Shown here: positions 32,875-42,508 of the stretch, piece after piece | How the letters are laid out: each line of letters starts with the position of its first letter | How positions within the stretch are numbered: position 1 is the first letter of the stretch | Assembly: GCA_017558005.1 (NCBI GenBank) | Contig: JAFYWN010000009.1 | Location: 13,072-77,071 of the forward strand | Direction: 5' to 3' | DNA from: Kiritimatiellia bacterium | GTDB taxonomy: Bacteria > Verrucomicrobiota > Kiritimatiellia > RFP12 > DVOR01 | DNA: 64,000 nt | Translations under genes and position numbers: made by a program | The notes under the pieces: model-generated | What the model saw: the letters and a program-made list of their open reading frames with translations, nothing else | Database searches by the model: none | Told to the model about the DNA's origin: nothing

Positions 32875-35499
32875 ATGGGATGTAAGAAGATGCTGATGGT
32901 AGCTGCGACAGTCGTAGCTTCTCTGTTATGTGCAGCTCCATTAAAGATGGACTGGAAGGCAACGGCAACAGCGCCCGAAGCAGTGGCGCGTCCTTTCGCT
33001 GGTCTGCTGAATAAGACGATGGTGGTTGCAGGCGGTTCGACGTATGAGGGGGCGAAGGCTTATTCCACGACGATTGCCACCTATGATCCTGCGACTGACG
33101 TTTGGACGAAGGTGGGCACGTTGCCGCAGGGAATCGCTGAGGGTGCTACGGTCGCAGTGAATGTGGGCACGTCTGTTTCTCCGGATTGGCGTTTGCTCTG
33201 CGTGGGCGGCATGACGGCAAATGGCGCCACGGCTCAGGCCTTTTTGTTGAGCGCAGATGGCAAGACTGAAGCGCTTCCTCCGTGCCCATATGGTACGCTC
33301 TCGATGACGGCGGCCGCAGCATGGGATGGCGGCGCCGTGTTTGCTTGCGGTCTTTTGGATGGCGCACTCACGAATCGCGTCTTCACCTTGAAGCGTGTGA
33401 ATGGCGAATGGACATGGGGCGAATTGCTTGCGTTGCCGGGTCCTGCACGTGCTCAGGCTGTGGCTGCAGTGCAGAATGGTGACCAGAAGTCCTTGGTGCT
33501 CGCCGTGTATGGTGGCGCCATTATGGCCGAAGATGGCAAGTCTATGGCCGACGTGAAGGGCTGGGGTTACACGAAGAATTTCGATGGAGAGTGGACTTGG
33601 AAGGCTCTTGAGGATGCACCAGTGTCCACAATTGGCGCCACTTTCCAGGCAATTGGCGACCAGCACGTGTTGCTCATTGGTGGTTATGACCGCCAGATGT
33701 GGGATCGTGCGAATCGTATGCTGGCCGCAGATTGGCAGCGTATGTTGACGGAACCGCCCGCTGCTTTCAATTGGAATCGCAAAGTTTGGGCATACTGCGC
33801 AGTGACAGGCAAGTGGGCCGAGTACGGCGAATTGCCGGAAGAGGTGCAGGCTCGCTGTGGCGCGGCAACGGTTTTGTTGCCTGCCGAAGGCAAGGTGATG
33901 CCGAAGTTGGTCATCGCTGGTGGTGAAGTCAAGCCTGCACAGCGCACGAATGTTGCTCATGTGGTGAGCTTCGCACGTCAGGGCTGGGCCTTCTCTTGGG
34001 TCAGTTGGGTCGTGATTGGCATCTACTTCTTGGCAATGGTTGGCATGGCCATGATCTTCGTCTTGCGTCAGAAGACGGCAGATAGCTACTTCCGTGGCGG
34101 AAAGAGCATCCCGTGGTTCGTGGCAGGCATGAGTATCTTTGCAACCATGTTGAGCTCGATTACCTTCATTTCGATTCCCACGATGACCTACATCGGCGAC
34201 TGGCGTTACTTCCCGATGGTGCTTTGCATCTTGGCAATGGCACCGATCGCAATTTACTTCTACTTGCCGTTCTTCTGCCGTTTGAACATCACTTCGGCAT
34301 ATGAATATCTCGAAAAGCGTTTCAATTTGGCTATTCGCCTCTTCGGTTCTGCGGTGTTTAACATCTTCATGGTGTGCCGCGTGGCCGTAGTGACCTTGCT
34401 CCCTGCGCTTGCGTTGGACGCAGTGACGGGTATTGGCGTGGAAAACTGCATTCTCATTTGCGGTGTGGCAACGATTCTCTATTGCTGCGTCGGCGGTTTG
34501 GATGCGGTGATTTGGAGTGACTTCGTGCAGGGCATCGTCTTGCTCGGTGGCGCAGTGACAGTGTTGGTGTTGCTCATCATGAATACCTCGGGCGGCTTCG
34601 GTGGCTTCGTGGATATCGCGCAGGAACACGAAAAGCTCCGTTTGTTGGACTTCCGTTTCCTCTTGACGGAACCTGTCTTCTGGGTGGTCGTGATCCAGGG
34701 CTTGGTGAGTAACCTCTCCAGCTACACCTCCGACCAGTGCGTGGTGCAGCGTTATATCGCCTGCACAAACGAAAAGAAGGCTGCCAACTCCATTTGGTTC
34801 AACGGCGTCCTTTCTGTGATTGCTTCCGTGATCTTCTACGCCATCGGTACGGCGCTTTACACGCACTACTTCAGCAATCCTGGCTTGATGGACGTGACGA
34901 TGCCGAAGAGCGACTCGGTCTTCCCGATCTTCATGGCGATGGAATTGCATCCTGTGATTGCAGGCTTGGTGATTGCCGCTATCTTTGCAGCGACGATTTC
35001 CACCCTCTCTGCAAACCTCACCTCCGCTTCGACTGCAATCACGACGGACTTCGTCTTGCGCTTCAAGCCCTCCTTGACGGGGCCTCAACAGGTGAAGTGC
35101 GGTCGTATCTGCGTGATTGTGATTGGTATCTTGGGCGTCGGTGCAGCATTGACCTTGGCACAGTTGCCCACGCGTTCGCTCTTCGATGAGTTCCAGAAGT
35201 TCATCGCAATGTTGACCGCAGGTCTCACGGCGCTCTTCTTCATGGGCATCTTCATGCCGCGCGTCGGCGGTATCCCTGCTGTGATTGGCCTCTTGGCAAA
35301 CTACTTCGTGTGCTATGGTTTGGACTTGATTCCCGCAGGTAGCGCACTTTCGATTATCAAGCCTCACCCGTTCGTTTACGGTGGCATCGGCTTGGTGGTT
35401 TGCGTGGTGATCGCTTGGGTGCTCTCGATCTTCTTCCCGAACACCAGTGAAACCAAGGGCTTGACGCACTTCTCCCGTCCTGAAAAGGAAGAAGCCTAA
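32875..35499 (+). CDS. fusion protein: NanM-like Kelch sialic-acid mutarotase domain plus sodium:solute symporter (SSS)
   Basis: Signal peptide. ~365-aa Kelch propeller ending in IAGGEVKPAQRTN (compare E. coli NanM INGEAKPGLRTD). Followed by ~500 aa with ~13 TM segments and SSS-type blocks (YFRGGKSIPWFV...). Confidence 0.8.
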   Translation: MGCKKMLMVAATVVASLLCAAPLKMDWKATATAPEAVARPFAGLLNKTMVVAGGSTYEGAKAYSTTIATYDPATDVWTKVGTLPQGIAEGATVAVNVGTSVSPDWRLLCVGGMTANGATAQAFLLSADGKTEALPPCPYGTLSMTAAAAWDGGAVFACGLLDGALTNRVFTLKRVNGEWTWGELLALPGPARAQAVAAVQNGDQKSLVLAVYGGAIMAEDGKSMADVKGWGYTKNFDGEWTWKALEDAPVSTIGATFQAIGDQHVLLIGGYDRQMWDRANRMLAADWQRMLTEPPAAFNWNRKVWAYCAVTGKWAEYGELPEEVQARCGAATVLLPAEGKVMPKLVIAGGEVKPAQRTNVAHVVSFARQGWAFSWVSWVVIGIYFLAMVGMAMIFVLRQKTADSYFRGGKSIPWFVAGMSIFATMLSSITFISIPTMTYIGDWRYFPMVLCILAMAPIAIYFYLPFFCRLNITSAYEYLEKRFNLAIRLFGSAVFNIFMVCRVAVVTLLPALALDAVTGIGVENCILICGVATILYCCVGGLDAVIWSDFVQGIVLLGGAVTVLVLLIMNTSGGFGGFVDIAQEHEKLRLLDFRFLLTEPVFWVVVIQGLVSNLSSYTSDQCVVQRYIACTNEKKAANSIWFNGVLSVIASVIFYAIGTALYTHYFSNPGLMDVTMPKSDSVFPIFMAMELHPVIAGLVIAAIFAATISTLSANLTSASTAITTDFVLRFKPSLTGPQQVKCGRICVIVIGILGVGAALTLAQLPTRSLFDEFQKFIAMLTAGLTALFFMGIFMPRVGGIPAVIGLLANYFVCYGLDLIPAGSALSIIKPHPFVYGGIGLVVCVVIAWVLSIFFPNTSETKGLTHFSRPEKEEA

Positions 35500-35502
35500 G
35501 TC

Positions 35503-36351
35503 ATGCGGTTGCTGACGACTGTTCTCTTTTGTCTTGGTTCGGCGGTACTTTTTGCCGCCGGACCACAACAACTTCGCCCCGTGTCGGTGGGCATGCGCTT
35601 TGAAGCCTTGAGTTACGTCTTGGATGAAGAAATCCCAGTGCAACTTTGGGTACGAAACAATACCGCAAGCACATTGACCTTAGGCAAGGGCTCCCTTCCT
35701 GCAGGTGTCTTGGATGTCTATCGCGTGGGGGACCCACAGAAGCGTTCGCTCTCGCTTGACCGTGGGGGCTGTTTGCCTCGCCCGTTACAATTGAAGCCCG
35801 GCGAAGAACGCACCTTCCGCGTGGACCTTTCCAAGGCGGCCGATGTCTCTTCTGAAGGGAAGTATTTTGTAACGTTTGGCGTCGTGGTTCGTGATACACG
35901 TTATGAAACCGAGATTAAGGTGTTGGAAATTGTTCCTGGCAGTTTAATCTCTGAAGGCGTGCAGATCTTCGCAGGAAAGGGTTATCAACAGCGCAACTTC
36001 AAGTTGGTGCGTTGGCCGCGTGACCATGTGGATCGTATCTTCTTGCGTATTGAAGACACTCCCTCTGGTGTGGTTTTCCCAACGGTGATGTTGGGCGCGT
36101 ACTTGCCGCTCTCCAAACCCCGCATGAACATTGCTCCTTCGGGTGAAATTACGATTTTGCATCGTGCGACTCCAGAGTACTATGTGCGCAATGTCTTTTG
36201 GTCGTTGGAGGAGGAGTTTGTACGACGCTCCACGCAGAATTTGTTGGATCCGGCCACGGCTGACACGGCACGTTTGAATGGTATGAAAGCAGACTTGGAA
36301 GAGGTGATTGATAAGAATGATCGCCTGAAAGAGTCGCTTCGTTTACGTTAA
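35503..36351 (+). CDS. hypothetical secreted protein
   Basis: Signal peptide MRLLTTVLFCLGSAVLFAA; starts 4 nt after the transporter stop; no motif recognised. Confidence 0.6.
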   Translation: MRLLTTVLFCLGSAVLFAAGPQQLRPVSVGMRFEALSYVLDEEIPVQLWVRNNTASTLTLGKGSLPAGVLDVYRVGDPQKRSLSLDRGGCLPRPLQLKPGEERTFRVDLSKAADVSSEGKYFVTFGVVVRDTRYETEIKVLEIVPGSLISEGVQIFAGKGYQQRNFKLVRWPRDHVDRIFLRIEDTPSGVVFPTVMLGAYLPLSKPRMNIAPSGEITILHRATPEYYVRNVFWSLEEEFVRRSTQNLLDPATADTARLNGMKADLEEVIDKNDRLKESLRLR

Positions 36352-36385
36352 ACGCCTCACTGCATTTGATTGGGGAGGGTAAAGA

Positions 36386-37921
36386 ATGAAAAGTATCCTG
36401 ACATTTTGTTGTGCATTAATCGCCGCGGTCCTTTGTGCAGAGCCGATTAAGGTAGCCTGCATTGGTGACTCAATTACGTTTGGCACGGGGATTAAAAACC
36501 GCGAGACGGATTCCTATCCTGCACAGCTCCAGAAGTTGCTTGGTCCTAACTACGAAGTGCGTAATTTCGGCAATCCAGGCCGTGGTATCTATCTCCACTC
36601 TTGGCGCGGGAAGGAACGTCGTGGCTATCGTTACATGCCTGAACATCAGGCGGCATTGGCGTGGCAACCCGACATTGTAGTTTGCAATCTCGGCATCAAT
36701 GATAATGGTGAATTCATCAAGAAGGACCGTGCAGAACCCGGCACCTTCGCGAAGGATTACCAAACGTTACTCGCCGATTACCAAGCGCTTCCAACCAAGC
36801 CCAAACTCTACATTTGGGGAAAACTTGCTCCGCTTGCGCCTGGTCAGAACTTCTATCGTTCGGCAGAGCCCTTCATGATGCAACCCGAATTGGCGAAAGT
36901 TGCTGCCGCCACGGGTGCACAGTTGATTGACATGCAGGAGCCCTTGCGCCCGGTCTTATTGACGGCATTTCCGGATAAGATTCACCCAACTGCAGAAGGT
37001 GCGAAGATTATCGCTGAAACCGTGCATGCTGCGTTGACCACGCCGCCCGAAGCGCCGGTTGCTTTGCCTGAAGATATCGCAGGGAAGGCAGAGGTGTGGC
37101 TCTGTGCGGGTCAGTCAAACATGTACTGGCCGTTAGGGCGATGCGCGAAGGCAAATGAAGAAGCGGCCGCCACGGCGAATTATGATATTCGCTTGTGGGA
37201 TTTCATGTCTGGCAATTGGATTAAGATCACGCCGCAGAATGCCAAGGATTGGTCGGCGATGGGGGTCTCGTTTGCAATTCGTCGTGCGAAGGCCACGGGT
37301 AAGCCCATTGCAATTCTCTATGTGGCTGCGGGTGGCGCTCCGACGGAAGCCTTCTTAAGCGAAGAGACCATGGCGGCATGGGATGCTCAGGGTAAGCCGA
37401 AGTATCCGAATCTCTTGAAGATTGTGACCAATCGCAAGCAGATTCATGAGAATGAAGACTTCCCTTGTAAGTGGTGTGCGCGCGAATATCCGAAGCGCAA
37501 GAACAACAAGATTGAAGCGTATTGGTGGGCTTTGAACAAACTCTATCGCGAGGGCATCGCCAAGGTGAAGCACTTGCCGATTGACGGCGTGTTGTGGTAC
37601 CAGGGCGAATCCAATGCCACGGTCAACCTCGCGCCGGACAAACCGCTCGCCGATGAGTACATGCTTGAAACCCTGCTTGCCGTCATCGAAGACTTGCGTC
37701 CCAATGAAAAGACACCCTTCTTGATGGTGGGACTCCCCGTGATGAATCGTCCGTGGGAACCCTATCGCGCCGCTCAGCAGAAGGCTTGTCAGCTCACGGG
37801 TGCGACCTATTTGGACACCTTTGGTGCGGGCCTTGGCGAAAAGAATAATGTGCATCCGACGAATAAGATTCCCTTTGTTGAGATGGCCGCCGCTGCGGCT
37901 GCAGCGCAATTGGACAAGTAA
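36386..37921 (+). CDS. two-domain sialate O-acetylesterase (SGNH/GDSL domain plus SASA/DUF303 domain)
   Basis: Signal peptide; VACIGDSITFG GDSL block; second domain WLCAGQSNM and WYQGESN typical of the sialate O-acetylesterase family. Confidence 0.8.
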   Translation: MKSILTFCCALIAAVLCAEPIKVACIGDSITFGTGIKNRETDSYPAQLQKLLGPNYEVRNFGNPGRGIYLHSWRGKERRGYRYMPEHQAALAWQPDIVVCNLGINDNGEFIKKDRAEPGTFAKDYQTLLADYQALPTKPKLYIWGKLAPLAPGQNFYRSAEPFMMQPELAKVAAATGAQLIDMQEPLRPVLLTAFPDKIHPTAEGAKIIAETVHAALTTPPEAPVALPEDIAGKAEVWLCAGQSNMYWPLGRCAKANEEAAATANYDIRLWDFMSGNWIKITPQNAKDWSAMGVSFAIRRAKATGKPIAILYVAAGGAPTEAFLSEETMAAWDAQGKPKYPNLLKIVTNRKQIHENEDFPCKWCAREYPKRKNNKIEAYWWALNKLYREGIAKVKHLPIDGVLWYQGESNATVNLAPDKPLADEYMLETLLAVIEDLRPNEKTPFLMVGLPVMNRPWEPYRAAQQKACQLTGATYLDTFGAGLGEKNNVHPTNKIPFVEMAAAAAAAQLDK

Positions 37922-37950
37922 TCGGGCAGTTTTGTACTGAAAAACACTTG

Positions 37951-37982
37951 CCGCCTCCTGTTTTACAGGGGGCGGTTGTTTT
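37951..37982 (+). terminator. intrinsic terminator
   Basis: ccgcctcctg-tttta-cagggggcgg 10-bp stem (one G-U) followed by ttgtttt. Confidence 0.6.
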
Positions 37983-38055
37983 CAAATGGCCGTATTTTTG
38001 CTAAACTGTCGCACGTTTTTTTATTGATGAAATCCGTTTTACAAATTAAAAGGAA

Positions 38056-38964
38056 ATGAAGGATATGGAAGACAAGATTATCGCAACCGTGAATGGTGAG
38101 CCGATTACCCAGCAGGCTGTGGATTTTGAATTGCAGCGTTTGATTCATCTTTATCAGCAGCAGGGCATGCCCGAACAGCAGTTGCGCTTGCAGTTGGATG
38201 CGATTCGTGCTCGTGCATTGGAACAGGCCATCGGCACAAAGTTGCTTATTGACGAAGCAAAGCGTTTGGATATCCCCGTTTCCGGCGAAGAATTGGATGC
38301 GCAGTTTGATCGTTATGTGATGCAGTTCGGCGGCGATCGTGAAAAGTTTGCCAAGGCTGTGGAAGCACAGGGCATGACGCTTGATAGCTTCAAGCAGGAA
38401 TTGAAGCAGGGTGTGACCATCAATAAGTTGATTGATCAGATTTGCTCTGCCGTGCAGGCCCCGACGGAAGATGAGATTAAGGCTCACTACGAAGCCCATC
38501 AGGCTGAGTATGCCACCGAAGATCGCGTGCTCGCTCAGCATATCTTGATTAAGCCGAATAGCGATTCTGCTGATGATAAGGCCGCCGCGAAGTCGAAGCT
38601 CGAAGCAATTCGCGCTCGTATCGTTTCTGGCGAAAGCACCTTTGAAATGGAAGCAAAGGCTCACTCTGATTGCCCGAGCGGCAAGTCTAATGGTGGCTCC
38701 TTGGGTTGGTTCGGCAAGGGCATGATGGTCAAGCCCTTCGAAGATGTGGCTTTCGCAATTGCTGAAAATGAAATCTCTGAAATCCTCGAGACGCAGTTCG
38801 GTTATCACATTATCGTGAAGACTGGCGAAGAAAAGGGCCACACGCCTGAACTCGAAGAGATTCGCGACAAGGTGGCAGAATTCCTCTTCCACGCCAAGCG
38901 CGGTCAGGCAGTCGCCGACCATGTGGCGGAATTGCGCTCGAAGGCTGATGTGAAGTTGGCCTAA
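38056..38964 (+). CDS. parvulin-type peptidyl-prolyl isomerase (SurA/PrsA-like)
   Basis: N-terminal chaperone-like helices, then a parvulin domain: AQHILI...GGSLGWFGKGMMVKPFEDVAF...FGYHIIV. Confidence 0.8.
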   Translation: MKDMEDKIIATVNGEPITQQAVDFELQRLIHLYQQQGMPEQQLRLQLDAIRARALEQAIGTKLLIDEAKRLDIPVSGEELDAQFDRYVMQFGGDREKFAKAVEAQGMTLDSFKQELKQGVTINKLIDQICSAVQAPTEDEIKAHYEAHQAEYATEDRVLAQHILIKPNSDSADDKAAAKSKLEAIRARIVSGESTFEMEAKAHSDCPSGKSNGGSLGWFGKGMMVKPFEDVAFAIAENEISEILETQFGYHIIVKTGEEKGHTPELEEIRDKVAEFLFHAKRGQAVADHVAELRSKADVKLA

Positions 38965-38979
38965 GGCTCTTCAATTAAG

Positions 38980-39014
38980 AAGCACTGTCCCCAAGAAAGG
39001 ACAGTGCTTTTTTC
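38980..39014 (+). terminator. intrinsic terminator
   Basis: aagcactgtcc / ggacagtgctt stem, 8-nt loop, tttttc. Confidence 0.75.
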
Positions 39015-39109
39015 TTTCATTTTCTTAAAGACTCGTTTGGGGAAAGTGCACAGAGCAGGCTTTCTCTTAACGAATTGGCGCGTAAAGGGTGCCTTACGTC
39101 AGGTGGACT

Positions 39110-41368
39110 ATGGCGGAAGATTTTTTTGCAGATAAGATTGCTTCGGAGTTAAACCTCTCTCCTCGTCAAGTGGCAGCAGTGATTAAGTTGTTTGAAGAGG
39201 GGTGTACAGTCCCCTTCATCGCACGCTATCGTAAAGAGGCCCATGGAAATTTGGACGAGGTGAAGATCGCTTCCATCCAAGAGCGCTTGGGCTACCACCG
39301 CGAACTTGAAGCGCGTCGTGAAGCTATTTTATCTTCCATTATCCAACAAGGTAAGCTCACCGATGGATTGAAGGAGCGCATCCTTGCCTGCGAAAAGCGC
39401 ACGGAATTGGAAGACCTTTACCTGCCGTACCGCCCCAAACGTCGGACGCGCGCCATGGTTGCTCGCGAACGTGGCTTGCAACCGCTCGCAGAGCGCATCT
39501 TGGCGCTTGCGACTTCTGGGGATCCGCTCGTTGAGGCGGAGGCCTTTGTTTCAATTGAGAAGGAAGTCTTTGATGCCAATAGCGCACTAAAGGGCGCGCG
39601 TGACATCGTGGCCGAACAGATCGCCGAACACCCTGAAGTGCGTGGCTTTGCGCGTGATTATTTGGCCGAACATGGCTTGGTACACTCCGAAGTGGTGGAG
39701 CCTGCGCCTGAGACTCCGACGAAGTTTGAACAGTACTATGACTTTGAAGAGGCGGTTGTCGCCATCCCGTCCCATCGTTTTCTCGCAATTAAGCGTGGTG
39801 AAACGGAGGGGATTTTACGCGTTTCGCTCTCGGTGGATTGGGATTCTGTGGTGGCATTCGCCGAGGAGACCTTTGGGTTGCGTCCCTCGCCTTGGGCGGA
39901 ACAGCTCACCCTTGCGGCAAAGGATGCCTGCCGTCGCTTGATTGCCCCCTCGGTCGAACTGGATGTGATGGTGGAATTGAAGCAACAAGCCGACCGCGCT
40001 GCGGTGGAGATTTTTGCTGAGAATTTGCGCCATTTGCTTTTGCAAGCGCCTTTGGGTGAACGTGCCGTTTTGGGCGTTGACCCCGGGATTCGCACGGGAT
40101 GTAAGTGTGTGGCTTTGGATGCGACGGGTAAGTTTCTCAAGAATGTCACCGTCTATCCTGCGCAGAGCCAACAGAAAGATATTGAGGCGGCGGTTGAGTT
40201 GTTGAAGCTGGTGGCTCAGTATGAGCCCAAGGCCATCGCCGTGGGGAATGGTACCGCGGGTCGCGAGACGGAGCGTTTTGTTCGTCAGACCTTGAGTCGG
40301 AGTGGGAAGCAAGACATTATTGTGGTGCCCGTCAATGAGGCAGGGGCTTCGGTCTATTCGGCAAGTAGTGTGGCGCGTGATGAATTCCCAGAGTTGGATT
40401 TAACCGTACGTGGCGCGATTTCAATTGGTCGCCGTTTGCAAGACCCCTTGGCCGAACTTGTGAAGATTGACCCGAAGGCAATTGGCGTGGGCCAATACCA
40501 ACACGACGTGAATCAGACGCTGTTAGCCTCTAAGTTGGACGAGGTGGTGGAACGTTGCGTAAATAGCGTAGGTGTGGAATTGAATACGGCCAGTGTGCCA
40601 CTCTTGACGCGCGTCTCTGGCATTGGGCCCTCGTTAGCAAAGCGCATCGTAGAGTATCGCAATGCCAATGGAGCCTTCCGTTCACGTGGAGAGTTGCTCC
40701 GTGTTTCGGGGCTTGGTGCGAAGACCTTTGAACAGTGCGCGGGCTTCTTGCGTATTCGTGAGAGTGTGAATCCTTTGGACCGTTCGGCGGTCCACCCAGA
40801 ACGGTATGCCTTGGTGGAACAGATGGCCGCAGACATCGGCTCTTCTGTGGAGGCATTGATTGGGAATACGGATGCCGTTGGGAAGATTCAGAAGCAACGT
40901 TACGTTAGTGGCGACGCGGGGCTCTTAACAATTGAAGATATCTTGAACGAATTGCGCAAACCTGGCCGTGACCCGCGTGCAGAGTTTGAACCACCCGCCT
41001 TCCGTGAGGATGTTTGCACGATTGAAGATGTGCGCCCAGGAATGAAATTGGAAGGAATTGTCACCAATGTGACGGCATTTGGCGCATTTGTTGACATCGG
41101 TGTTCACCAAGATGGTCTTGTCCACGTGTCGGAATTGTCCGATCGCTTTATTCGTGATCCGTCTGAAGTGGTGAAGTCGGGCGACAAATTGACCGTGCGT
41201 GTCTTGGATGTTGACCTTGCACGTCGCCGCATTTCGCTTTCGGCACGTTCCGAATCCAAGGGACGCCCCGCCGCAAAGCAAGGCGGTCAACATCGCCATG
41301 CTCCTGGACCGCGTCCGCGCCAACAGGGCTCCTCCACCTTTTCCAATAATCCCTTTGCAGGACTCTAA
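39110..41368 (+). CDS. tex: Tex-like transcription accessory protein (YqgF, HhH, S1 domains)
   Basis: EGCTVPFIARYRKE, GVDPGIRTGCK, HhH region, C-terminal S1 (GIVTNVTAFGAFVDIGVHQDGLVHVSEL). ATG at 39110 with an aggtgga RBS. Confidence 0.9.
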   Translation: MAEDFFADKIASELNLSPRQVAAVIKLFEEGCTVPFIARYRKEAHGNLDEVKIASIQERLGYHRELEARREAILSSIIQQGKLTDGLKERILACEKRTELEDLYLPYRPKRRTRAMVARERGLQPLAERILALATSGDPLVEAEAFVSIEKEVFDANSALKGARDIVAEQIAEHPEVRGFARDYLAEHGLVHSEVVEPAPETPTKFEQYYDFEEAVVAIPSHRFLAIKRGETEGILRVSLSVDWDSVVAFAEETFGLRPSPWAEQLTLAAKDACRRLIAPSVELDVMVELKQQADRAAVEIFAENLRHLLLQAPLGERAVLGVDPGIRTGCKCVALDATGKFLKNVTVYPAQSQQKDIEAAVELLKLVAQYEPKAIAVGNGTAGRETERFVRQTLSRSGKQDIIVVPVNEAGASVYSASSVARDEFPELDLTVRGAISIGRRLQDPLAELVKIDPKAIGVGQYQHDVNQTLLASKLDEVVERCVNSVGVELNTASVPLLTRVSGIGPSLAKRIVEYRNANGAFRSRGELLRVSGLGAKTFEQCAGFLRIRESVNPLDRSAVHPERYALVEQMAADIGSSVEALIGNTDAVGKIQKQRYVSGDAGLLTIEDILNELRKPGRDPRAEFEPPAFREDVCTIEDVRPGMKLEGIVTNVTAFGAFVDIGVHQDGLVHVSELSDRFIRDPSEVVKSGDKLTVRVLDVDLARRRISLSARSESKGRPAAKQGGQHRHAPGPRPRQQGSSTFSNNPFAGL

Positions 41369-41370
41369 CC

Positions 41371-42318
41371 ATGACAAATGCCACCATTTCGCTCGCTCCC
41401 TTACGTGGTGTAACGGGTCTCCGGTTTCGGCAGGCCTTTCAGGCACATATGTCTGGCCTCGATTTGGCAGTGGCACCCTTTATCGCCACTGTGCAAGGCG
41501 ATCGCGTTAAACCCGAAATCTTGCGTGGTATTGAGCCTTCTGTCCAACCCAAAGGCTTGCCCTTAATTCCACAAGTCATTGGGAAAGATGCCCGTCAGTT
41601 GCGTGTGATGTTGCGCGCGATGAAGGAATTGGGTTATACACAGGTCGATTTGAACTCGGGATGTCCGTGGCCCTTCGTGGCAAAGAAGGGGCGTGGCGCG
41701 GGGTTATTGCGCGATGAGGCTAATCTTGCCGCAATGTTAGAGGCGGGATGTGAGGAACTTGGTGAGGGGAATTTCTCCATTAAGGTGCGCTTAGGGATTG
41801 AAGAGAAGACGCTTTTGGCAAAGCGTTTGCCCATCCTTTTGCGTTATCCGCTGCGAGAAATCTGCGTGCATCCTCGCACGGCAAAGCAGATGTATGAGGG
41901 ATCTGTCGATTTGGACGCTTTTGAACGCATTTGTGAAGCATGTACACTTCCGCTCACGTACAATGGCGACATTCGCACGTTGGAAGACTATCAGATGCTC
42001 TCTGCGCGTTTCCCGACGGTGAGCCGTTGGATGATTGGGCGCGGCATCGTTGCCAATCCCTTCCTCGCGGAAAGCATTCGCGCAGGGAAGGATACCCGCG
42101 ATATGGCACGTTTCCAGGCGTGGCATGCAGACATCTTGGCGCGTTATGCAGAGAATGCCCCGGGCGATCATGCCCTCTTGGGACACTTAAAGGAACTCTG
42201 GAGTTACCTCGCGCCTACCTTTAAGCAGGGCGACCAACTCTGGAATAGCCTAAAGATTACACGCACCCGCGATGAATTTGAACGCGTTCTGCGGTTGATT
42301 CCGCTCCAGTGGCGATAA
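41371..42318 (+). CDS. tRNA-dihydrouridine synthase family protein
   Basis: LAPLRGVT, DLNSGCPWPFVAKKGRGAGLL, HPRT; TIM-barrel Dus layout. Confidence 0.8.
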   Translation: MTNATISLAPLRGVTGLRFRQAFQAHMSGLDLAVAPFIATVQGDRVKPEILRGIEPSVQPKGLPLIPQVIGKDARQLRVMLRAMKELGYTQVDLNSGCPWPFVAKKGRGAGLLRDEANLAAMLEAGCEELGEGNFSIKVRLGIEEKTLLAKRLPILLRYPLREICVHPRTAKQMYEGSVDLDAFERICEACTLPLTYNGDIRTLEDYQMLSARFPTVSRWMIGRGIVANPFLAESIRAGKDTRDMARFQAWHADILARYAENAPGDHALLGHLKELWSYLAPTFKQGDQLWNSLKITRTRDEFERVLRLIPLQWR

Positions 42319-42368
42319 CTATTTTCGAGTGTGAAGTCGGAGTTGAAGTGCACCATTGCACAGAAACT

Positions 42369-42434
42369 CTCTTTAATCTTAAGTGTGCACGCTCTTTAAT
42401 CTTTAGTGTGACCATCCTTTAATCTTTCGGACTT
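42369..42434. repeat. three tandem 23-bp repeats in the dus 3' region
   Basis: ctctttaatctt at 42369 and 42392, tcctttaatctt at 42415; period 23. Confidence 0.6.
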
Positions 42435-42451
42435 AACGCCACTGTATCAAT

Positions 42452-42497
42452 AAAAACAAAAGAGACGCTTCCGTGTGGAGGCGTCTCTTTTGTTTGA
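42452..42497. terminator. bidirectional intrinsic terminator between convergent genes
   Basis: aaaaacaaaagagacgc / gcgtctcttttgttt 13-15-bp stem, 12-nt loop, A-run and T-run on either side. Confidence 0.75.
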
Positions 42498-42508
42498 GCA
42501 GGGAGTGC

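Noticed and set aside
32941-35643. 900-aa ORF antisense to the NanM-SSS gene
   Set aside because: It is R/H/C/Q-rich nonsense-like sequence. The opposite strand encodes clear Kelch and SSS membrane domains.
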